This document shows positions 9,868 to 17,743 of a DNA stretch of 64,000 nucleotides, piece after piece (the stretch's first letter is position 1; the number at the start of each line of letters is the position of its first letter). The DNA lies in NCBI GenBank assembly GCA_025454795.1, contig JALONT010000012.1, positions 6,569 to 70,568 on the forward strand, written 5' to 3'. This DNA is from Bacteroidales bacterium. Lineage in GTDB: Bacteria; Bacteroidota; Bacteroidia; Bacteroidales; VadinHA17. The notes under the pieces were generated by a model. The model saw nothing but the letters and a program-made list of their open reading frames with translations, ran no database searches and was not told where the DNA came from. The position numbers and the translations under genes are program-made.

Positions 9868-10953
9868 CTATTTCTTTATAATCGTAGATTTTACAATTTT
9901 TCTTTGAATCCAGCCGGGACCAATAGATGCACCGATTATCAGGTAAGGATAATAGCTGATAATTCTCCAGATAATAGCAATAGCAAGTGCAATACTTCCT
10001 ATATATGCCGGATCTGCGGGGATAGTATCTGAAATATAACGTCCGAGAATTATCTCTGCAAAGCCACTGCCTCCCGGGGTAGGGCTTATGATCATCATGA
10101 TCCAGGTTACCAGTTGTCTGGCAAATATCAGGAAATGGTCTTTCACCGCAAAGAATGCAAGAAGAATAGCATTTACAACCCAGTACCTCGATGTCCATGA
10201 AAGAAAAGTTGCTATAATTGCCTTTACCCAGAATGAAAAGGGTTGTTCTTTTAATTCAAATGAGCTTTCCACAATATCATCACCTGCTTTTACCGCCGCA
10301 TCCTTCCATCTTCTTAGAAAAGGAAGCCTGAAAAAATATATAATTGTTTTTCTGATGCCGTCCGGATTAAGAAAAAGTCCATATCCTACCAGTAACACCC
10401 ACATCAGAATAATTGTATATCCTATTAATGCGACTATTACAAGGTTATTCAATAAGTCGATACCTGTCCCCTGCAATGAAGTAGTAAAAAGAATATCACT
10501 GCCTACGATCATGAGTATCAGAGGGAACATAATTACAAAATAGAGCTCATCAAGGAATGATGTCGCAAGAACCACAGCCGTACTTCTTCCTACACTTAAT
10601 CCCTCCTTATGCAGAAAAACTACTGCAACTGCAGTACCTCCGACAGTTGACGGAGTTATAGCTGAAGTGAATTCCCAGAGCATTATTACTCTGAATGACT
10701 GTTTCCAGCTAAGATTATTTTCAGTCAGTATCCTGATCCTTATCATATAACCTAAATCACGACCTATCATGAAGCACCAGGCAATAAACAACCAAAAAAC
10801 AGAATTCCACGTAAAATTCAATGTGCTTAAGGCATCACTATTAATCTCTCTGAGAATAAACCAGGCAACCACAACTAGTCCGATCAGAACAGGGATGATG
10901 ATCCTGACAGGCTTCAGTCTGCTTACAAGTTTATAATGGCTGTCGGTTGTCAT
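9868..10953 (-). CDS. lysylphosphatidylglycerol-synthase-TM-like / flippase-like (UPF0104) membrane protein
   Basis: 361 aa with about 8 TM helices. The C-terminal PTPGGSGFAEI motif is typical for the LPG_synthase_TM family. Confidence 0.65.
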   Translation of the reverse strand: MTTDSHYKLVSRLKPVRIIIPVLIGLVVVAWFILREINSDALSTLNFTWNSVFWLFIAWCFMIGRDLGYMIRIRILTENNLSWKQSFRVIMLWEFTSAITPSTVGGTAVAVVFLHKEGLSVGRSTAVVLATSFLDELYFVIMFPLILMIVGSDILFTTSLQGTGIDLLNNLVIVALIGYTIILMWVLLVGYGLFLNPDGIRKTIIYFFRLPFLRRWKDAAVKAGDDIVESSFELKEQPFSFWVKAIIATFLSWTSRYWVVNAILLAFFAVKDHFLIFARQLVTWIMMIISPTPGGSGFAEIILGRYISDTIPADPAYIGSIALAIAIIWRIISYYPYLIIGASIGPGWIQRKIVKSTIIKK

Positions 10954-11612
10954 TGACCAGAATTATTGTTGCTTATTCCGTGAATGTGTTTTTAATCCGG
11001 ACAGGCTTGTAATCCTTGACTCTGAATGGAAAAGAAAACGATTGTATAATGACCATCATCAGAGTCACATAATTAATCATATAAGACGAAAATTTTATGA
11101 TCAGTGAGAACAGTTCTCTAAACTTAACCTGATAAAGATGAGACAATTTTAATTAAATCCAAAATGCTGTTAAAAACTGTACATCCGGCTAATATGGAAT
11201 TTCAATCTGTTGTTAACGGATTTCCTTCTTTTTACCATGACTATTCAATCAAATTTAATGTAATCCCTGAATTTTTATCAATACCAGGAAACCATTGGTC
11301 AAAAAAAGGATTTCTCAAAAATGGTTATAAATCTGATTCAATAAACTTATTAATATGCATATAATCATCGTTTTGTAATTCCGGAAACTGCAAAACAACT
11401 CTGATTTTATTCGGAATTTTAGTCAATTCTATGATTCTTTTGACTAATAGCCTTCTTATTCATGTAAACAGTTTAATCCTGTAAATATTCATCAAAATTA
11501 CATAGACCAACCAGAGGTAAATCCATCCCATATTCCCACTAATAGGGCATTTGCGATTTGACGTGAATATTCTTTAGCATTACCTTTATATAATTGATTA
11601 TTTAATAAAATA

Positions 11613-12191
11613 ATGGAAAATATTACAGTTTTAAAAAACCCCGGAGTTAGTATGAACAAAACTTACGGGATAAATGTTGATAAGGAAAAATCATCTAAAG
11701 TGAAGACTGGTTTTAATCCTGCCATCAGAACTTTGATGGCAGAAGGAGGTTTAAGCTTTTACCGTTACCTTACAAGTATCAATCTGTCAAGAGAATCTGA
11801 TATCCTGGTACTCCCTTCAAATCACCATTATTATTATGATGGAAAAGAGTTGAAGGATGTCAGGATTCTAATAAATCTTAAAAAGCTGAATCTGATAAAA
11901 CATCTGGATATGTTTTTAAATACTCTTGTTCGTATTTTACCCCCGGAGACCAATTTCATAGGATGTTTTTCAGACAGTAATACTCTGAAGAGGAATGGTT
12001 TTCCATTTTATCACCCATCGAGGTTATTCAACAGGCTCAATAATTTTCTCGATTTCAGGACAGATCAGATCATGAATAAAAATGAAGTTTCAGAACTTTT
12101 AAAAAGAAACGGTTTCAGAACAATTGATATGAAAGAAATGAATGGACTTACATATTTTTATTCCCGGAAGGTCATCAACCAGTTTAATTAA
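11613..12191 (+). CDS. hypothetical protein (orphan ORF in an AT-rich island)
   Basis: 192-aa ORF and the only long ORF in a ~1.5-kb AT-rich stretch. No motif I can name with certainty. Confidence 0.4.
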   Translation: MENITVLKNPGVSMNKTYGINVDKEKSSKVKTGFNPAIRTLMAEGGLSFYRYLTSINLSRESDILVLPSNHHYYYDGKELKDVRILINLKKLNLIKHLDMFLNTLVRILPPETNFIGCFSDSNTLKRNGFPFYHPSRLFNRLNNFLDFRTDQIMNKNEVSELLKRNGFRTIDMKEMNGLTYFYSRKVINQFN

Positions 12192-12472
12192 AAGCAAAAC
12201 GATTATCGTCACCCAATAACAGCTGAAATATCATTCTTTTTGGCAAATAACAGCAAAAAGTGATGAAAGTACTTTATCAGATTAAGTCAGAGGCAACCGG
12301 TCCGGTTTTAATAAGACACAGAAAGATCGCCAAGGCATTACGCTGGTGGTTACGTGAGAATGGATTTCCCTTCGAGTATAACTATTTTTTTGGGTATGCT
12401 CATTAGACGGTGTCTGATACAATAATAAATAGTTTATAATTTTCTGTTCATTTTGATTGCATATGGTTATGT

Positions 12473-12946
12473 TTGCTTCAATATTCACAGCTTGCCGGCC
12501 GGATAGACATTCTTGTAAAAGAATTAAGGAAGTCAGGTTGTCGTCTGGGCCTTTATAACCATGGCGGCTGGGGTGGGCAGCCAAATAATCTGGTTGAAAC
12601 CATTAAAAGAGTAAAATCCGATAATGTAGGTATAGTATATAATTTTCATCATGCACATGAACATTTAGCATTGATGCCAGCCGCATTTAACCTGATGGTA
12701 CCATATCTTTACTGCGTGAATCTGAATGGGATGAATAAGGAAGGCCCTCAGATATTACCCCTTGGGCAGGGAACTGAAGATGTACAAATCCTCAAAATGA
12801 TAGCAGAATCAGGATACAATGGTCCAATAGGTATTATAGGACATGTTATTGAAGAAGATGTTGAAATAGTTCTGAAAAGGAATCTTGAAGGTTTAAAAAA
12901 GCTGTTGCAGGCAACAGGGGATACTGAAGCGTTGAAAACCTATTAA
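12473..12946 (+). pseudogene. 3' fragment of a xylose-isomerase-like TIM-barrel (sugar phosphate isomerase/epimerase) gene; the N-terminal ~120 aa are missing
   Basis: The sequence GIVYNFHHAHEHL...NGPIGIIGHV resembles the C-terminal half of ~280-aa TIM-barrel enzymes. The reading frame opens just after a TAA, has no ATG (the track start is TTG), and has no upstream N-terminal half. Confidence 0.6.
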
Positions 12947-13001
12947 TTGATCAAACCTGGAACTTAAAACAGCATTTGTTTCTTCGGTTGAGTATTCAAT
13001 T

Positions 13002-13037
13002 AAAAAAGACAGCTATGTTTTGGTTTCATAACTGTCT
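13002..13037 (-). terminator. Rho-independent terminator downstream of tRNA-Ala
   Basis: On the minus strand, an 11-bp stem (AGACAGTTATG/CATAGCTGTCT, one mismatch), a 9-nt loop and then TTTTTT. Confidence 0.6.
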
Positions 13038-13048
13038 CATCATTAGAG

Positions 13049-13122
13049 TGGAGATTAGGGGAATCGAACCCCTGGCCTTTAGACTGCCAGTCTAACGCTC
13101 TAGCCAACTGAGCTAAACCCCC
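13049..13122 (-). tRNA. tRNA-Ala (anticodon GGC)
   Basis: Hand-folded cloverleaf: acceptor GGGGGTT/AATCTCC with the G3:U70 alanine identity pair, anticodon loop CTGGCAG, T-arm AGGGG-TTCGATT-CCCCT. CCA is not encoded. Confidence 0.9.
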
Positions 13123-13214
13123 TTTTGTTGCCTTAGCAAATGTAAAAAAAATTATATTAAACAAAACCTTCTCCTTTGAATCTCTGTATGTTTTGTCCAT
13201 ATGGAGCTATTTTG

Positions 13215-13222
13215 TAATTTTG
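13215..13222 (+). promoter_or_regulatory. -7 box TAATTTTG (TAnnTTTG) for the TonB-like gene
   Basis: Exact consensus match 7 nt before the ATG at 13230, giving a near-leaderless arrangement. Confidence 0.4.
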
Positions 13223-13229
13223 CCCGGCA

Positions 13230-14018
13230 ATGGAAGAAAAATATAACATCATACCTGAATTTGATGATATTCTTTTTGAGTCGCGGAACAAAGAGTACGG
13301 TGCATACCAGCTGAGGAAAAGATATAACCGTGTTCTATTAGCAGGACTACTGGTTGCCATTGGTATCGGATGTTCTGCTGTTATTCTGCCTTTCATAATA
13401 AACCCTCAGGAGGATCGTGTTATAAATGGTGGATCCAGGTATGTTCAGATGCAGATGGAGGCTCTTGAACTCCCTCAGGAGGAGATCATCATCCCTCCGT
13501 CACCCCCGCCTCCGCAGTCTGAAAAGATGCAGGAAATAGTAAAATATGTTCCACCTGAAGTTGTGGATACCATAGTCCCTGTAAACAGAACACAAATTAC
13601 AGCTGATGAAGCACTGGTACATTCAGGTGATAGCGAGAGTGACCTGAAAACCCAGGGTTATGGGGATGAGCTTTTATCAGGTGAAGGAGGACCATCCTCC
13701 GATGAACCATTTTTCCTGGTTGAAGTGATGCCATCATTCAGGGGAGGTGATCTGAACAAATTCCGTGAATGGGTGCAAAAAAGGACGAACTACCCGCAGG
13801 AAGCTCAGGACAGAAGGATACAAGGAAGGGTTTTTCTGACGTTTATTATAGAACCTGATGGCTCTGTGACCAATGTTACAGTAGTCAGGAGCGTTGATCC
13901 GCTTATTGATAGTGAAGCCGTCAAAGCTATCCAGAGCTCCCCGAAATGGAGTCCGGGACTTCAGAGGGGCCAGCCGGTAAGAGTGAGATATTCAATGTGG
14001 CTGAGTTTTGTAATTTAG
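13230..14018 (+). CDS. energy transducer TonB family protein
   Basis: N-terminal TM anchor, Pro-rich spacer PPSPPPPQ, and a C-terminal TonB domain (RIQGRVFLTFIIEPDGSVTNVTVVRS...). Confidence 0.85.
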   Translation: MEEKYNIIPEFDDILFESRNKEYGAYQLRKRYNRVLLAGLLVAIGIGCSAVILPFIINPQEDRVINGGSRYVQMQMEALELPQEEIIIPPSPPPPQSEKMQEIVKYVPPEVVDTIVPVNRTQITADEALVHSGDSESDLKTQGYGDELLSGEGGPSSDEPFFLVEVMPSFRGGDLNKFREWVQKRTNYPQEAQDRRIQGRVFLTFIIEPDGSVTNVTVVRSVDPLIDSEAVKAIQSSPKWSPGLQRGQPVRVRYSMWLSFVI

Positions 14019-14102
14019 TACCTTCAATATGCAACAAAAGAGCAGGTTGTAAATATTTGATATTTCAATGTTTTTCATATCTTTAACAACGGTAAAAAAT
14101 AG

Positions 14103-15281
14103 ATGTATATGAAAAAAAGTTTACTCATTTCTTTTGCGATAATGATCATCCTCTCCGGATGCGGATCATCAAAAAAGCAGCTTGAAAGAGGCAATTATGA
14201 TGCTGCAATAGTATCCGCAGTTAAACAGCTGCGAAAAAATTCAGACGACGCCAAGCAAATTGCAACCCTGGAACGTTCATATAGAATAGTGAATGATCAG
14301 GACAATGAAAGGATCAGGTTCCTCAAACTTGAGGGTAGACCACAGAACTGGGATGAGATCTACCTGATTTACAAGAGAATGAATGAAAGGCAGGCTCTTG
14401 TAAAAACTGTACTGCCACTGAATGACGGAGGAAGATCCATCGATTTCCCCTATGTGGATTATTTGACTGAAATGATAGCTGCCAAACGCAAATCAGCTGA
14501 CTATTACTTTGCACATGGAAATGAACTGATGAAGAGCGGTCTTAAGGATTCTTACAGGCAGGCATATTATGAATATGTCAGAGCAAAAGAATATGTGGGT
14601 GATTATGAAGGGATCGACAACAAAATCCAGGAAGCCAGATACCTTGGCATGAGCCGGGTATTTGTGGATCTGCAGAATACTACAATGACAATATTTCCCC
14701 AGGATTTTGAAGAAAACCTCCTTGCCGTTGACCTTCAGGCCCTTAATAGCGAATGGGTTGAATTCCACACTCTTAACCTGGACAAAAATACCCAGTATGA
14801 CTATTTCATCAATGTAAATGTCAGGAATATTGCCGTTAGTCCTGATCAGACGGCTCAAAGAGATTCGGTAGTTAAAAGAGAGGTTGAAGATGGATTTACT
14901 TATAAACTTGACAACAGGGGTAATGTAATGAGAGATACCTCCGGAAATGACATCAGGATCAAGAAGTATAAAACCCTCCAATGTGCACTCATTTCAACGC
15001 TTCAGACCAAATCCTGCCAGATCGATGGTGATATCGAAGTCATCCAGATGAATCCCAACAAGGTACTTAAGAAAGATCCTATGGGAGCACAGTCGACATT
15101 TGAACATGTTTCAGCAAGAGCTCTCGGTGATATCGGGGCACTTAACGTTTCCCAGCTCGAAAGGACCAAAATACAAACAATACCATTCCCTTCCGATATA
15201 GAAATGGTTGTCCGCTGCTCAGAAAATCTCAAAAATGCAATCCGGGGATCAATTCAGTCAAACAGGAGGCTTATAAATTAG
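14103..15281 (+). CDS. lipoprotein of unknown function
   Basis: Signal peptide with lipobox ILSGCGSS. The start is at 14103 or at MKKSLL (14109). Confidence 0.55.
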   Translation: MYMKKSLLISFAIMIILSGCGSSKKQLERGNYDAAIVSAVKQLRKNSDDAKQIATLERSYRIVNDQDNERIRFLKLEGRPQNWDEIYLIYKRMNERQALVKTVLPLNDGGRSIDFPYVDYLTEMIAAKRKSADYYFAHGNELMKSGLKDSYRQAYYEYVRAKEYVGDYEGIDNKIQEARYLGMSRVFVDLQNTTMTIFPQDFEENLLAVDLQALNSEWVEFHTLNLDKNTQYDYFINVNVRNIAVSPDQTAQRDSVVKREVEDGFTYKLDNRGNVMRDTSGNDIRIKKYKTLQCALISTLQTKSCQIDGDIEVIQMNPNKVLKKDPMGAQSTFEHVSARALGDIGALNVSQLERTKIQTIPFPSDIEMVVRCSENLKNAIRGSIQSNRRLIN

Positions 15282-15306
15282 CAGTTCCTCCACACAATAT
15301 TATTAT

Positions 15307-15343
15307 ATGCCGCAAATAAGTATTTTTGCGGCATAACTTTTTT
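15307..15343 (+). terminator. Rho-independent terminator after the lipoprotein gene
   Basis: Perfect 10-bp stem ATGCCGCAAA/TTTGCGGCAT with an 8-nt loop, followed by AACTTTTTT. A TAnnTTTG match (TATTTTTG, 15321-15328) lies inside it and could serve hflX. Confidence 0.7.
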
Positions 15344-15348
15344 ATTAT

Positions 15349-16554
15349 ATGATTGAAACAGGCATTCCGGTCGAAAGGGCAATACTTATCGGTATAAACT
15401 ACCCGGGTCAGGATGAACGTGAGACTGAAGAATATATTGACGAACTATCCTTTCTTGCGGATACTGCCGGTGCAAAACCAGTCAGTAGATTTATCCAGAA
15501 GCTCGAAATACCTAATCCACGTACTTTTGTCGGATCAGGTAAAATTGATGAGATAGCAAGGTATGTCGCAGAGAACAAAATTGATATTGCAATTTTCGAT
15601 GATGAGCTTTCCCCAGGCCAGATCAGAAATATCGAAGAAGCACTTGGTTGCAGGATTCTCGACAGGACAAACCTGATCCTCGATATATTTGCACGGCGAG
15701 CCCGGACATCACACGCCAGGACACAGGTGGAGCTTGCACAATACAAGTATCTTTTACCCCGGCTTACAGGTATGTGGACTCACCTTGAAAGACAAAGGGG
15801 CGGTATCGGACTCAGGGGTCCGGGAGAAACTGAGATTGAAACTGACCGAAGGATCATCAGGGATAAAATAGCCCTTCTTAAAACTCAGCTTAAGAAGATC
15901 GATATGCAGATGAGCACACAACGGAAAAACCGCGGGAAAATGGTAAGGGTAGCTCTGGTTGGTTATACCAATGTAGGTAAATCAACTATAATGAATCTAT
16001 TGAGTAAATCGGATCTTTTTGCTGAGAACAAGCTCTTTGCAACACTCGATACTACCGTCCGCAAAGTCGTTATTGGCAACCTGCCTTTTCTACTTTCAGA
16101 TACGGTTGGATTTATTCGCAAACTTCCCCATGACCTTGTCGAATCATTCAAGTCCACCCTCGATGAGGTAAGGGAATCTGACCTTCTTGTCCATGTTGTT
16201 GATATCTCGCATCCCGGGTTCGAAGAGCAGATAAAGGTTGTGAATGAAACATTGCGTGATCTTGAATCTTTTAATAAACCATCCGTTATGGTCTTCAATA
16301 AGATTGACGTTTTCTCTTATATTGTCAAAGATGAAGATGATCTGACACCTGTCTTAAAAGAAAATTATTCCATTCAGGAGCTGAAAAAGACATGGATGTC
16401 AAATAATAAAGACCATCCGACAGTCTTCATTTCAGCAAAAACCAAAGAGAATATTGAAGAACTCCGGAAGATACTTTATGAGGAAGTAAAACGGTTCCAC
16501 ATTAAAAGGTATCCTTATAATGATTTTCTGTTTGAAGTTAATCCTGAAACCTAA
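15349..16554 (+). CDS. hflX: GTPase HflX
   Basis: HflX N-terminal domain, G1 GYTNVGKST, G3 DTVGF, NKID. Confidence 0.95.
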   Translation: MIETGIPVERAILIGINYPGQDERETEEYIDELSFLADTAGAKPVSRFIQKLEIPNPRTFVGSGKIDEIARYVAENKIDIAIFDDELSPGQIRNIEEALGCRILDRTNLILDIFARRARTSHARTQVELAQYKYLLPRLTGMWTHLERQRGGIGLRGPGETEIETDRRIIRDKIALLKTQLKKIDMQMSTQRKNRGKMVRVALVGYTNVGKSTIMNLLSKSDLFAENKLFATLDTTVRKVVIGNLPFLLSDTVGFIRKLPHDLVESFKSTLDEVRESDLLVHVVDISHPGFEEQIKVVNETLRDLESFNKPSVMVFNKIDVFSYIVKDEDDLTPVLKENYSIQELKKTWMSNNKDHPTVFISAKTKENIEELRKILYEEVKRFHIKRYPYNDFLFEVNPET

Positions 16555-16555
16555 A

Positions 16556-16661
16556 TCTCTGTGTATCTCTGTGACTTCTTAGTGTAACTCTGTGTGAGTT
16601 CTTCAACGTTTTATTACACAGAGAGCCACAGAGAAGGCACAGAGAGTTACACAGAGAAGAA
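16556..16661. repeat. inverted heptamer-array cassette: 3x CTCTGTG, 22-nt centre between core heptamers, 4x CACAGAG; fills the whole hflX/asd convergent spacer
   Basis: CTCTGTG at 16557, 16567 and 16588. CACAGAG at 16617, 16627, 16638 and 16650. Positions 16580-16597 pair with 16637-16654 (about 16/18). Confidence 0.8.
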
Positions 16662-17651
16662 CTAATAAATTCTATTCGTTAACATATACTCTGCAATCTG
16701 AATTGCATTGGTTGCAGCACCCTTGCGGATATTATCGGATACAATCCAGAGATTCAGACACTTCTCCCTCGACAGGTCCCTTCTTATCCTGCCTACAAAA
16801 ACCTCATCCCTGTTATGTGAGAGAATCGGCATCGGGTATTTATTTTCAGAAGGTGAGTCATAAACGACATTCCCGGGGAACTGACTGATCAGGGACTTTA
16901 CATCATCAATATTGAATTCTTTCTCAAATTCAATATTTACAGCTTCAGAATGTCCGCCGACAACAGGTATTCTGACAACTGTAGCAGTTACCATAATGGC
17001 CTGATCTTCAAGTATCTTACGTGTTTCATCGATAAGCTTCTGTTCTTCAGTGGTATAACCATCAGGCTGGAATGATCCGCCGTGTGGAAAACAGTTCATG
17101 TCAATCGGATGTGCATAAGCCATTTCCCCTTTAACGCCATGTCTCTCATTCTCCATCTGAGCGACAGCTTTTACACCCGTTCCGGTAACCGACTGGTATG
17201 TTGCAACAACAAGCCTTTTAATCTTATATTTCCTGTGAAGCGGGGCCAGAGCCATCACCATCTGAATTGTCGAACAATTAGGATTTGCTATTATCCTGTC
17301 ACCTTTTTTCAGAACATGGCTGTTTATTTCAGGAACTATGAGTGGCACATTTTTGTCCATACGCCATGCGGAGGAATTATCTATTACAACAGTTCCGTTC
17401 TTTGCAAAAGCAGGAGCCCATTCTTTCGAAACAGATGTTCCGGCGGAAAAAATGGCAAACTCGGGTTTTGCATCGACAGCTTCCTGTATACTTACAACCT
17501 TAACCGGTTTACCTTTGAAAATAATTTCCTTACCAACTGATTTCTCCGAAGCGGCAGGAATTAGTTCTGTAACAGGAAAATTTCTTTCTTCAAGGACTTT
17601 CATCATTGTCCGGCCAACCATTCCGGTTGCTCCAACAACAGCTGTCTTCAT
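16662..17651 (-). CDS. asd: aspartate-semialdehyde dehydrogenase
   Basis: VGATGMVG NAD(P) motif and active-site NPNCSTIQ; 329 aa. Confidence 0.95.
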   Translation of the reverse strand: MKTAVVGATGMVGRTMMKVLEERNFPVTELIPAASEKSVGKEIIFKGKPVKVVSIQEAVDAKPEFAIFSAGTSVSKEWAPAFAKNGTVVIDNSSAWRMDKNVPLIVPEINSHVLKKGDRIIANPNCSTIQMVMALAPLHRKYKIKRLVVATYQSVTGTGVKAVAQMENERHGVKGEMAYAHPIDMNCFPHGGSFQPDGYTTEEQKLIDETRKILEDQAIMVTATVVRIPVVGGHSEAVNIEFEKEFNIDDVKSLISQFPGNVVYDSPSENKYPMPILSHNRDEVFVGRIRRDLSREKCLNLWIVSDNIRKGAATNAIQIAEYMLTNRIY

Positions 17652-17743
17652 AATTTTAGATTTGAATAGTTTAAGTTAATGACTATATTTACTGTAAGTT
17701 AAAAACGGTCAAAATTAACTTTTTTTTCAATCCGTCCCGCTGC

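Noticed and set aside
11164-11364. 66-aa ORF in the AT-rich island
   Set aside because: It is short, has no upstream promoter or SD-like signal and no motif, and its composition simply mirrors the AT-rich DNA. The evidence is insufficient.
12263-12406. 47-codon ORF (MKVLYQIKSEATGPVLIRHRK...) in the same frame as the TIM-barrel fragment, possibly its displaced N-terminus
   Set aside because: It is separated from the fragment by two stops, and its sequence does not resemble the N-terminal strands of xylose-isomerase-fold proteins as far as I can judge. It is noted only as something to check by alignment.
13000-13396. Minus-strand ORFs 13000-13200 and 13157-13396
   Set aside because: The first contains the tRNA-Ala gene and its terminator. 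The second is antisense to the TonB-family gene start. Neither has supporting motifs.
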